DNA of 64,000 nt from Mobula hypostoma (lineage: Eukaryota): positions 111,292,001-111,356,000 of the forward strand of contig NC_086108.1 of NCBI RefSeq assembly GCF_963921235.1, given 5' to 3'. Of the stretch, positions 46,738-59,730 are shown piece by piece. Both the position numbers and the translations under genes were made by a program. The notes beneath the pieces were generated by a model, which ran no database searches, was not told where the DNA came from, and worked only from the letters and a program-made list of their open reading frames with translations. How positions within the stretch are numbered: the first letter of the stretch is position 1; every line of letters begins with the position of its first letter.

Positions 46738-47704
46738 TCACACATCAAAGTTGCTGGTGAACGCAGCAGGCCAGGCAGCATCTCTAGGAAGAGGTACAAT
46801 CCATGTTTCAGGCTGAGACCCTTCGTCAAAACTAACTGAAAGAAGAGCTAGTAAGAGATTTGAAAGTGGGAGGTGGAGGGGGAAATCCAAAGTGATAGGA
46901 GAAGACAGGAGAGGGAGGGATGGAGCCAAGAGCTGGACAGGTGATTGGCAAAAGGGATATGAGAGGATCATGGGATAGGAGGCCCGGGGAGAAGGAAAAG
47001 GGGGAGGGGGGAAAACCCAGAGGATGGGCAAGGGGTATAGTCAGAGGGACAAAAAGGAGAGAGAGAAAAAGAATGTGTGTATAAAAATAAATAACAGATG
47101 GGGTACGAGGGGGAGGTGGGGCATTAGCGGAAGTTAGAGAAGTCAATGTTCATGCCATCAGGTTGGAGGCTACCCAGACGGAATATAAGGTGTTGTTCCT
47201 CCAACCTGAGTGTGGCTTCATCTTTACAGTAGAGGAGGCCGTGGATAGACATGTCAGAGTGGGAATGGGACGTGGAATTAAAATGTGTGGCCACTGGGAG
47301 ATCCTGCTTTCTCTGGTGGACAGAGCGTAGGTGTTCAGCGACCAATCTCCTAGTCTGCGTCGGGTCTCACCAGTATATAGAAGGCCACATTGGGAGCACC
47401 GGACACAGTATATCACCCCAGCCGACTCACACGTGAAGTGTCGCCTCACCTGGAAGGACTGTCTGGGACCCTGAATGGTGGTGAGGGAGGAAGTGTAAGG
47501 GCATGTGTAGCACTTGTTCCGCTTACAAGGATAATTGCCGGGAGGGAGATCGGTGGGAAGGGATGGGGGAGTGGGAACGAATGGACAAGGGAGTCGCGTA
47601 GGGAGCGATCCCTGCAGAAAGCAGAGGTGGGGGGTGGGGAGGGAAAGATGTGGGATCCCGTTGGAGGTGGCGGAAGTTACGGAGAATTATATGTTGGACC
47701 TGGT
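46738..47704 (-). mobile_element. Penelope-like element with GIY-YIG endonuclease remnant, inserted in a SINE
   Basis: ORFs 47150..47449 (FTCESAGVIYCVRCSQCGLLYTGETRRRLGD) and 47124..47345; frameshifted. Confidence 0.87.
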
Positions 47705-49721
47705 GATCTACCAGGTGGGTTAACTGGTCATTGTAAATTGTCTCGTAATTAGGTTTGGCTTAAATTGGCAGTTGTCGGTGGTTGCTAGGCGATGTGGCCG
47801 AAAGGCCCGGAAAGGCCTGTTCTGCACTGTATCTCTAACTAAAGTAAAATAAATAAACTATCAACAAGACTCCCTCATTCAGTAACATCTGCCAGAATGA
47901 TAATTGTACCGTTGACCTTTAATCTCTCCTGGCACAGATATACAAGGTTAAAAAGATAAAACACTACAGACTCATTGAGATGAAAATGAAATTAAAAACA
48001 ACAAATGCAGTGGAATTTAACAGGTCAGGCAGCATCTGTGGAAGGAGAAACACTTCACTTCCTTAGGAGATTTAGTATGTCACCAACTTTCTCCAGAAGT
48101 ACCGTGAACAGCAGTCTGACTGCTTACATTACAGCTTGGTTTGGAGGCTGACAGACAGGATGAACCATCAGCAACCCACCCTCAGTGTTCCTTACAGGCA
48201 GCGTCGGAACTGAACAGGCGACACTGGTGCAATAATATCATTATGCTAACCATGTCACACCCACTTGCTCTGCCTCGTTATGGGAAGTGTGGGAATTATA
48301 TTCCCATAGTGGAATGTGTGTATTCTGTGTTCCTACACTGAGGGTACATCCTGTCTGACTAGGGTTCAGGTGGATGACACGCAGCACAGTGACACCACTC
48401 GTAAGGTCACAGCCTCACAGATCTGGAGACCCATGTTTGTTTCCAACCTCCGGAGCCGTCTACGTGGGGTTTGCACGTTCACCCTGTGACCATGTGCATT
48501 TCCCCTGGGTGTTCTGGTCTCTCCTGCATCCCAAAGATGTGTGCATCGGTGGGTGAATTGGCCAGTGCAAATTGTCCCCAGTGTGTGAGTGAGGGGTAGA
48601 ATCTGTGGGGGTGGGGAGAATGAAATGGGCCGAGTGTAATCTTCGGCACAGACTCAATGGGTTGCAGGCCCTGTCTCAAAGCTACATTCCACCGTGATTC
48701 TATGTTCTGATGAAGCATCTTGAATGGAAGCCATCTGATCCACTGTTTCTAGAAATTTCTGTTTTAAATGCATTTTCCAGGCTTTGAGGTTTTTGTTGAT
48801 CTTTAAATACTTAATACACTTGCTTACTCATGCCATTCTACAGATGCACAGCGGAGATCCTCCTAACAAGCTGCATCACTGCGTGGTACGGAAACTGCAC
48901 TGCGATGGCCAGGAAGGCGCGACATCGGGTAGTCAAGCTGCCTAGCCTACCCGCCATCAAGGACATATATACAGAAAGATGCTGGAAAAGGATCCCACCC
49001 ACCCTGCTCATGGACTGTTCGTCCCACTCCCATCAGGGAGGAGGCTACGTAGCATCTATGCCAAGACCACCAGACTCAAAAACAGTTACTTTCCCCAAGC
49101 GGTGAGGCTGATCAACACCCCCACCCTCTAACCCGTCCCTCCACACCCCCAACCACCACGACTTTATCATTTCCAGTCAATCACCTTATGTACAGACACT
49201 CCTGTGCCTAGTGTCACTCTATGGACATATGATCAATCTATGCATGTAACCTATCTTATGTATTTATATTTATTGTGTTTTTTATCTTATTCTGTTTGGC
49301 TTTGTGCTACATGAATCTGAAGTAACAATTATCTCCTTCTCTTTTACACTTGTGTGCTAGGAATGGCATTAAACAATCTTGAACCTTTGTAACTGTGACA
49401 CTTTTTCAGTATTCTGTTGTTTACCCTTGTACTACCTCAAAGCACCGGTACAATAAGGGATCTTGGCCAAACCATGATGTTTAGAGGGATATTGGCCAAA
49501 CACGGGTAGATTGGACCTGCTTGGATCTCGGTTAGATTGGAATCAGATTCCATCTGAACTGCATTTCCCAATGACTCTATGGCCAGCCCTTGTTTTGGAA
49601 ACACATTGTACATTGCTAAAACCCAATGTCCACCATGGAATGTAACTCTCACTATGTGAACACGTGAATGCTATAGAAACACGATGCATAAATATCAGAG
49701 ATTCCGCAGATGATGGTAGTC

Positions 49722-52700
49722 CCTTACTACAGTTTTGGTCTCCTGATTTAAGAAAGGATGTGCTGACATTGGAGAGGGTACAGAGAAGATTCACTAGAAT
49801 GATTCCAGGAATGAGAGGGTTAACATATGAGGAACGTTTGTCCGCTCTTGGACTGTATTCCTTGGAGTTTCGAAGAATGAGGGGAGACCTCATAGAAACA
49901 TTTCGAATGTTAAACTTACTCAAGGATAGATTTTTTCTATTATCAATGCATATTCAACACAGAGTGAAAAATATGGAATATAAAGCAAGAATATTGTCAG
50001 ATCATTCTCCTTTATTAATGACAATAATAATGACTGATAAGGAAGAAGTGGCTTATAGATGGAGATTTAATTCAACGTTATTAAAACATAAAGATTTTTG
50101 TGATTTTCTGAAAAAGCAGATCCAATTTTTTTTGGATACAAATTTTCATTCAGTGGATGATAAATTTATATTATGGGATGCGATGAAAGCATATCTGAGG
50201 GTCCAGATAATAAGTTATACGTCTAAAATTAAGAAAGAATATATGGCAGAACTAGATCAATTGGAAAAAGAGATTACAAAATTAGAAAAAGAATCTCAAA
50301 GATATATGTCGGAAGAAAAACGAAGGCAACTTGTCAATAAGAAGTTACAATATAATACGCTTCAGACATATAGAATGGAAAAAACAATTATAAGAACTAA
50401 GCAAAGGTGTTATGAGTTAGGTGAGAGAGCACATAAAATTCTTGCCTGGCAGTTGAAAACAGAACAAGCTTCCAAAACAATAAATGCAATTAGAACAAGT
50501 GCAAATAAAATATCTTATAAACCTCTTGAAATAAATGAAACCTTTAAAAATTTCTATTCTGAATTATATCAATCAGAATCACAAAATGATGTTAATGAGA
50601 TAGAAAGGTTTTTATCACAAGTAACTCTTCCAAAATTGAACTCGGAAGAACAGAAGGGATTAGATATGCCTTTTACATTAAAAGAAGTTGAAGAAGCTTT
50701 AGGATCACTTCAAAGTAATAAATCTCCAGGAGAAGATGGTTTTCCACCTGAATTTTATAAACTGTTTAAAGATTTATTATTTCCTCTCTTTATGGAGTTA
50801 GTACGTCAAGCAGAAAAGACACATAAACTCCCAGAATCTTTTTCAACAGCGATTGTAATAGTATTGCCAAAAAAAGACAGAGACCCTATGAAACCAACAT
50901 CATACAGGCCTATTTCTTTATTGAATACTGATTATAAAATAATAGCAAAAATTTTATCGAATAGATTATCTAAATACTTACCAAAATTAATACATATGGA
51001 TCAAACAGGATTTATTAAAAATAGACAATAGGCAGATAATGTAACTCGGCTACTCAGTATAATTCATTTGGCACAAAAAAGGGACGAGGAGAGTATAGTA
51101 GTAGCCTTGGATGCAGAAAAAGCATTTGATAGATTAGAATGGGATTTTTTATTTAAAGTATTAGAAAAATATGGGTTAGGAACATCTTTTATAAATTGGA
51201 TTAAAATTTTAAATTCTAACCCTAAGGCTAAAGTAGTGACAAACTCTCAAATTTCAATACCATTCCAGTTAAAAAGGTCAACTAGACAAGGTTGTCCATT
51301 ATCACCTGCTTTATTTGTACTGGCGATAGAGCCATTAGCAAAACTAATCAGAATTGATCTAGATATTATGGGTTTTAGAGTTAATCAGGAGGAATATAAA
51401 ATTAATCTTTTTGCCGATGATGTTTTGATTTACTTAACAAACCCACAACATTCGTTACATAAATTATCTTCTAGATTGGATGAATATGGGAAGGTATCAG
51501 GTTATAAAATAAATTGGGATAAAAGTGAAATTTAACCTCTTACTAAAGGAGACTATAGTCAATGTTGGTTAGCAACCCAATTTAGATGGCCGGTAAATGG
51601 TATAAAGTATTTAGGTATAAGACTTGATAATGATGTAAAGAATTTATATAAATTTAATTATTTACCACTATTGAAAAAAATTCAAGAAGATCTTGACAAA
51701 TGGATGATACTACCAATAACATTAGTAGGTAGAGTCAATGTTGTAAAAATGAACATATTTCCTAGATTATGATATTTGTTTCAAACATTACCAATACAAT
51801 TGCCACAGAAATTTTTTCAAGAGTTAAATAAATGTGTGAGAAAATTTCTTTGGAAAGGTAAAATGTCAAGAATATCATTGGAAAAATTGACATGTAAATT
51901 TGAGTTAGGAGGGTTACAACTTCCAAACTTTAAGAATTATTATAAAGCAAATCAACTTAGATTTATTGAATCTTTCTTCGATGATCGAAAACCAGCATGG
52001 ATTAAAATAGAATTAGAGAAGATAGGAGAAAATAGACCTGAAGACTTTATATATAAATGGGAATCTAAATGGATACGGGAAAAGAAAGAATCTCCTATAT
52101 TAATACATTTGATTGATCTATGGAATAAGATAAATGTTGATAATGAAATACAGAAATCCTTATTAGCAAGAAGACCTTTGTTCCAAAACAGACTTATTCC
52201 TTTTACAATGGACAGTCAACTTTTATATAATTGGTACCAAAAAGGGATTAAATTTATAGGAGATTGTTATGAACGAGGTATATTGATGTCATTTGAACAA
52301 CTAAAGGATAAATATAAAATATCAAATAACACTTTCTTTTGTTACCTTCAATTAAGGGCTTACTTAAAAGGTAAGCTGGGTCAAACAATGTTTTTGCCAA
52401 AACCTAATGAAATTGAAACTTTAATTCAAAAAGGGAAAATTAAAAAATTTATTTCTTGTATATATAATTTGATTCAAACACAGACAATTAAACAAGGAAT
52501 CCATAAGTCAAAACAAAAATGGGAAACAGATCTGAATATTAATATTGATGAAACAAATTGGTCAAGACTCTGTCTTGACAGTATGACAAATACAATAAAT
52601 GTTCGACTTAGATTAGTACAATATAATTTTTTACACCAATTATATATTACACCACAAAAAATAAATAGATTAAATTCAAATCTATCTGATAAATGCTTTC

Positions 52701-53700
52701 GGTGTAATCAAGAAATTGGTACTTTCTTACATTCTACTTGGTCTTGTTTTAAAATTCAACCCTTTTGGATAAATTTAAGAGTCTTATTGGGACAAATTAC
52801 TGGAACTCAACTTCCACATAACCCTGTATTATTTCTACTAGGTGATATTGAAGGGATTAAGCCGAAACTTAAATTGAATAAATATCAGAAAGAATTTATA
52901 AAAATTGCATTGGCAGTAGCTAAGAAGACTATAGCAGTTACTTGGAAATCTGATTCGTATTTAAGTATGGATCATTGGAATAATGAAATGGCTAGTTCTA
53001 TTCCACTCGAAAAATTTACTTATAATTTAAGAGATAGATATGTAACATTTTTGAATATTTGGCGCCCTTATTTACAAAAGATAGGATGGCACTTTTAAGT
53101 GCTCCGATAAAGATCTTGGTCCCTTGGGGAAAGTAACGAATAAGTATACCAAATTTATTTTGAATTCCATGGAGCATGTGGTAACCTTCCAATGCCCAGG
53201 CGGTTCTTTTTTTCTCTTTTTCTTTTTTAGGTAGGACTTTATACGGGGGGGGGGTGGGGAGGGGGGAGGGTAGATATTATCTTTTCATGTATTCTTTTTG
53301 AAAACTCAATAAAAATTATATTAAAAAAACATTTCGAATGTTGAAAGGCATGGACAGAGTAGATGTGGCAAAGTTGTCTCCCATGATGGGGGAGTCTAGT
53401 ACGAGAGGACATGACTTAAGTATTGAAGGGCGCCCATTCAGAACAGAAATGAGAAGAAATTTTTTTAGTCAGAGGGTGGTGAATCTATGGAAATTGTTGC
53501 CACAGGTGGCAGTGGAGGCCAAGTCATTGTGTGTATTTAAGGCAGAGATTGATAGGTATCTGAGTAGCCAGGGCATCAAAGGTTATGGTGAGAAGGCAGG
53601 GGAGTGGGACTAAATGGGAGAATGGATCAGCTCATAATAAAATGGCAGAGCAGACTCGATGGGCTGAATGGCTGACTTCTGCTCCTTTGTCTTATGGTCT
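49722..53700 (+). mobile_element. CR1 LINE 3' fragment split by the L1 insertion
   Basis: QFWSP...LERVQRRFTRMIPG...RGDLIETFRM continues as MLKGMDRVD in ORF 53338..53613. Confidence 0.88.
49912..53326 (+). mobile_element. L1-clade LINE, 5'-truncated ORF2 with three nonsense codons, 16-bp TSD
   Basis: ORFs 49664..51031, 51068..51535, 51776..53098 share one frame; SDH, KSPGEDG, YRPISLLN, DAEKAFD, RQGCPLSP, FADD, CFRC..H..WSC; TSD aaacatttcgaatgtt at 49896-49911 and 53327-53342. Confidence 0.93.
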
Positions 53701-55205
53701 TTGTCTTATGGTCTTACTGACCTATATTTTTTTGGAAGCTAGAGCACCCAGAAGAAATCCATGCAGTCACGGGCAGAACGTACAAACTCCTTGCAAACAG
53801 TAGCAGGAATTGAACCCTGACTGTGAAGTGTTGTGTCAGCCTTTACTCTAGTGAGCACTGTCATCTGCTTTCCATTATTGTTTCCCCTTGTACTACCTCA
53901 GTGCACTGAGGTGATGAAATGATCAGTACGGACGGTAGGCAGAACAATACAGCACCTCATGCGTACAGATTATTTCACTGTACGGGCAAAGCCGTTAGCG
54001 CAACACTATTGCGGCAAGGGGTGCTCCGGAGTTCAGAGGTCAACTCTGGCACTACTCTGTAAGGAGTCTCTTTGTACGTCCTCCCTGTGGAACATGTGGG
54101 CTTTCCCCAGATGTTCCGGTTCCCTTCCACAGTCCGAAGGCATAGCAGGTAGATTAATCGGTCCTTGTAAACTGTCCCATGATGAGGGTAGGGTTAATCA
54201 GGTTGTGGGGTAGCTCAAGAGCTGAAGGGCCGATTCCACGCTGAACAGCGTTTTTCCCTGTGCCTTGGTAAATGTAACAATGATAAACCGATTTACCAAA
54301 GAGTGAACCCTGGGTGTGAGGTAAAGATTAAAAGATTGGTTTTATTTGTCATATGTACATTGAAATATACAGTGAAATAGAAACAACAAACACAGTACAA
54401 GGGAGAGCTGAGGGCAGCCCACAAGTGTTGCCACGCGTCCAGCTCCAACATAGTATGCCTACAACTTACAAACCCTAATCACAGGTCTTTGGAAGGTGGG
54501 AGGAAACCCATGTGATCTCAGGAAAAATGTACAAACTCCTAACAGGCAGGTGTGGAATTGAAGCCTGGTATTCCAACCACTACCGCTGTAAAGCGTTACT
54601 CCTACCACTATGCTACTGTTCCGCCATTGCCAAACTTCACTGCTCAATGGAAGATTTGCAGATGTGTTATCTCCCTGCACCCCTGAAACTGGCAGACGAT
54701 ATAACCATTAATAATTACACACATTGTGAAATTGTGCTGTGTGTTTGTGTCTTTGTTTCAACGAGAACCAGCTGACCATGGGATGTCACAGTGACTGATT
54801 GAGAAATAGTCTGGGAAGCCAGTCAATTGCCAACACAAACTATCTCTTGGTGCAATACCTCAGAATCAGTGAATATTGTATTAAAAATATTGATGTAATG
54901 TTTTAGAATCAATAAATATTATGTAAAAAAAACAAGGTGATTAACCTGAAGTAAGACTGATCTCCATCAGATATCGTTGAAAAATGTCAGATCATTCTAA
55001 TAACCATGTGGAATTTTGAATGCTGTTGTGTCAGGATGAAACTGAATAGTTGCAGGAGGGGCAGGACTGGCAGCTGAATATTCAAGGGTTCCATTGTTTT
55101 AGACACCACAGCGCGGGAGGCTTTAAGGGAGAAGGGGTGGCATTACAAGTCAGGGAATATTTCACAGTAGTGCTCATTCAGGAGAGACAAGAAAACTTGT
55201 CTATT

Positions 55206-56420
55206 AGAACATAGAACATAGAAATTTACAGCACATTACAGGCCCTTCGGCCCACAATGTTGTGCTGACCATGTAATCTACTCTAGAGACTATCTAGAAT
55301 TTCCCTACTGCATAGCCCTCTATTTTTCCAAGCTCCATCTACCTATCTAAGAGGCTCTTAAAAGATCCTACTGTATCCACTTCCACCACCTTCGCTGGCA
55401 GTGCATTCCATGCACCCACCACTCTCTGCGTGAAAAACGTACCCCTTAGTACCTGTTTATAAGCTCCTTAAAATGGTGCCCCCTCATATTAGCCATTTCA
55501 TCCCTGGGAAAAAGCCTCTAGCTATCCACACAATCAATGCCTCTCATCATTTTATACACCTCAATCAGGTCACCTCTCATCCTCCGTCACTCCAAGGAGA
55601 AAAGGCCAAGTTCACTCAACCTATTCTCATAAGGTATGCCCTCCAATCCAGGCAACAACCCAGTAAATCTCCTCTGCACTCTCTCTACAGTATCACATCC
55701 TTCCTGTAGTGAGGTGACCAGAGGTGAGCACAGTACTCCAGTTGGGGTCTGACCAAGGTCTTATGTAGCTGCAGCGTTACTTCACGGCTCTTGAACTCAG
55801 TCCCATGGTTGATGAAGGCCAACGCACCATATGCCTTCTTAACAACACTGTCAACGTGCTCAGCAGCTTTGAGTGTCCTATCGACACGGACCCCAAGCTT
55901 TTTCAGATCCTCCACACTGCCAAGAGTCTTACCATTTATATTATATTCTGTCTTCAAATTGGACCTACCAATGTGAACCACTTCACACTTCTCTGGGTTG
56001 AACTCCATCTGTTACTTCTCAGCCCAGTTCTGCATCCTATTGATGTCCCGCTGTAACCTCTGACAACCCTCCAGACTATCCACAACACCCCCAAACTTTG
56101 TGTCATCTGCAAACTTACTAACTCACCCTTTTACTTCTTCATCCAGGTCATTTATAAAAATCACAAAGAGGAAAGGATCTCAGAATAGATCCCTGTGGAG
56201 CACCACTGGTCACTGACCTCCATACAGAATACGAACCATCAACAACCCCCTAGTGCCTCTGTGGGCAAGCCAGTTCTGGATCCACAAAGTAAGTTCTCCT
56301 TGGACCCCATGCCTCCTTACTTTCTGAAGGAGCCTGGCATGGGGTACCTTATCAAATGCCTTACTGAAATCTACATACACTACATCCACTGCTCTACCTT
56401 CATCAATGTGTTTTGTTACA
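55206..56420 (-). mobile_element. CR1 LINE 3' part nested in an older plus-strand CR1 endonuclease fragment (about 55055-56840)
   Basis: ORF 55685..56008; APE motifs (QDWQLNIQG ... GDFNFPHIDW) flank it on the + strand. Confidence 0.82.
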
Positions 56421-59364
56421 TTGAGGCACTATGAGTGGAACTGAGGTATAAGGAAGGTACAACCTTGTTAATGGGGCTATATTACAGCCCACCCAACAGT
56501 CCAAGGGATTTAGAGGACCAGATTTGTATAGAAATCACAGACTGTTGCAAGGAACAAAGATTGTTATAGCAGGTGATTTTAACTTTCCACATATTGACTG
56601 GGACTCCCATACTGTAAAAGGACTAGATGGAATCGAGTTTCTCAAATGTGTTCAAGAAAGTTTTCTTAATCAGTACGTAGAAGTCCCAATGACAGCATAT
56701 GTGATACTTGATTTGTTATTAGGGAATGAGTCAGAGCATGGGGCAGAAGTTTGTAGAGAGGAACATTTTGGATCTAGAGATCACAAGCCATTAGTTTCAA
56801 AGTCAATATGAAAAAAGATTGGTCTTCTCTGTGGCTTGAGATTTTTTTTTTGTAATTTATTTTTTATTGAATTTCATCATCAAACATTTCTATAAGATGT
56901 ATTTCAGATACTGTACATATATATCATATAATCATATTTGTCACAAATCTCCACATAATATTTATCTGAGGTATACACTTATAGAAAGGAGAGGAAAGAA
57001 AGAACAATCGAAAGAAGAAACTATGTACAGAGTAGGGAGTGATCTTTTTTACAACATATTCATTGACTTGTGAGAATAAAATCAGGCCTATGAGGTGTTA
57101 TGTAGTTAAACCATTTTTTCCAGTATGAATAAAATTGTTCCAACTTATGACTAACAGATGCTGTTATCTTCTCCATTCTGTAAATGTCCATTGTAATTTC
57201 CATCCATACAATTAAAGTTGGGCTCTCCTGAGATAACCATTTCCTGGTAAGAGTCTTTTTACCAGCCACCAGCAGTACATTCATTAAATATTTATCTCTT
57301 ATCAACTATTTTTGAGGTATATACCCAAAATATATGGTCTTACTCTCTAAGGGTATTTCACTTTTAAAGATGTCTTGCAGGGTATTATGTATCCCACTCC
57401 AATAGTCTTTGATAACGGAGCAAATATATGGTAATGGTTTGCATTTTGATTTCCACAATTTCTCCAGCAAACTGGGGGATTACTATCAGAATGGGATTTC
57501 TGAGAGGGTGTAATAAAATATCTTATCAAGTTTTTCCACCTGAACTCCCTCCATTTCTGTGAACTGGTACACTTCCATTGATACCTCCATATTATTGTCC
57601 AGTCTTCCTCAGATATTATTATCCCCCCTTCCTTCTCCCATTTTGTTTTAATGTATGAAGTCCAATGTGTTTTAAGATTTGGAAAACCCTTATACACGCT
57701 TGAAATGATTCTACTACCATTGTCTGAATAATATGCTTTTCTAAATAGCTCTATCAGACATGTACTTGCCTTGGTTACATTTTTAACTGTCCTGTTAACA
57801 TACTGTCACATCTGTAAATACCAGTAAGAGTCTTGTTTTTCTAATAAGTGTTTCTCTTTGAGCATTTCAAAACTGAACAGTGTTCCTTCTTTCATTATAT
57901 TGCAAATAGCTATTATTCCTTTAGCTGTCCAGTCCTTAAATCTAGCATCCAGCTTATTCAGTGTAAAATCCGAGTCATATGCGCACCATTTAAGAATTGC
58001 AATGTCTCTCTCTGGTTTATATTCTTTTATAATAGTTTTCCATATTTTAAGAGTCCATTTCACCCACGGGTTGTCAATATTATTTATGTAACTTTGTAGG
58101 TTGTTATCAGCCAAAATTGCCTGTATGAGGATGGAAAGTATCCTCTCCTCAATGTTTTTCCATTGAGCGCCATATAATGGGTTGGACCAGCATATCACAG
58201 CTCTCAACTGTGCTGCAAAATAATAATCTCTAAGAGAAGGTAGGCCCCATCCCCGCTTCTCCTTGGCTAATTGCAAAGTTTTGAGATGAACCCTAGGCCT
58301 TTTACCATGCCATATATATCTTGATAGTATCTTGTTCCATTCATTGAATTGATTTTGGTTGATCTCTATTGGTAGGGTCTGAAAGAGATATAGTAGTCTG
58401 GGCAGTATATTCATTTTAATAGATTCAATCCTTGGACTGAGACCAAGAAAAGGAATTAGGTTCCATCTCGTTCTATCTTCCTTAATTTTTTTATATATAG
58501 GCTGATAATTGCATTCTGATAATTTTGCCAAATCTTTTGGCATAATGATGCCCAAATATTTGACGGACTCTGTTGGTTGCCCTAGATAGATCAAAATGTC
58601 ATCCGCATAACAAGCCAATTTATGCTCTATCCTTTTAATAGTAATTCCCCTGATATCTTCATTTTGTCTGATATATTGAGCTAATGGTTCCAGATATAAT
58701 GCGAAGAGTAGCGGTGACCATGCACAACCCTGTCGCGTGCCCCTTTCTAGGGTAAAACTACTAGATAAATATCCATTGATTTTAACCCTGGCAGTAGGAT
58801 TGTCTCTAGTGCCTTTATAGTTTTAATAATTGTGTCATGTAAACCAAATCTATGTAAAACTCTGTAAAGAAAATTCCAATTAACCAAGTCAAATGCCTTT
58901 TCAGCAACTACACTTATCACTATTGCTTCAATTTCAATTTTTTTATATGATCCATAATGTGAAGTGTCCTTCGTATATTGTCTTGTGTTTGGCGTTGTTT
59001 TACAAAACCTGTCTGATCATTATGTATCGGTGTGAACATAGAACATAGAATATTACAGCACAGTACAGGCCCTTCGGCCCACAATGTTGTGCCAACCCTC
59101 AAACCCTGCCTTCCATATAAGCCCCCACCTTAAATTCCTCCATATACCTGTCTGGTAGTCTCTTAAACTTCACTAGTGTATCTGCCTCCACCACTGACTC
59201 AGGCAGTGTATTCCACGCACCAACCACTCATATTTCAATGACCATGTGAAAAGTAAAGCTAATCACTATAGTTATCTTTATTCCCAGGGTATGAATTTCA
59301 TTTCTCACCACTTTGTAGTTCCAAAACAAGGACAAATATGAGTTGACATAAACTTAACTCACGA

Positions 59365-59640
59365 GGCGGCTTTGCAGCACAGTGGCTAAAACAACACCTT
59401 ACAGTTCCAGTGAGCCAGCTTCAACTCCCACCGCTGCCGGTAAGGAGTTTGTACATTTTCCTCGTGACTGCATGTTTCCCCTCCGGGTGCTCCGATTTCC
59501 TCCCACAATCCAAAGACATAACAGTTGTTAAGTTAATTGGTCATTGTAAATTGTCCTGTGACTAGGCTAGGGTTAAATTGGTGGGTTGCGGGGCGGCATG
59601 GCTTGAAGGGCCAGAAGGGCCTATTCCATGCCCTCAATAA
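59365..59640 (+). mobile_element. tRNA-derived elasmobranch-type (HE1-like) SINE, representative copy
   Basis: ttcaaYtccc...gtaaggagtttgtac...cctcccacantccaaagac core recurs near 6310, 7050, 13110, 13400, 16370, 29700(-), 33300, 46580, 48380, 54000. Confidence 0.7.
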
Positions 59641-59730
59641 ATTTATTCTCAACAAATAAATTAAATTATATAAATATTACCAAATTGTGCATTTATAAAA
59701 CTATGGTTTCATTTCTGGTCACTCCATTAT

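Noticed and set aside
49664..51031. 455-aa ORF as a novel host gene
   Set aside because: Chance in-frame junction of a CR1 fragment and a truncated L1 ORF2; it ends at a nonsense codon within the RT region.
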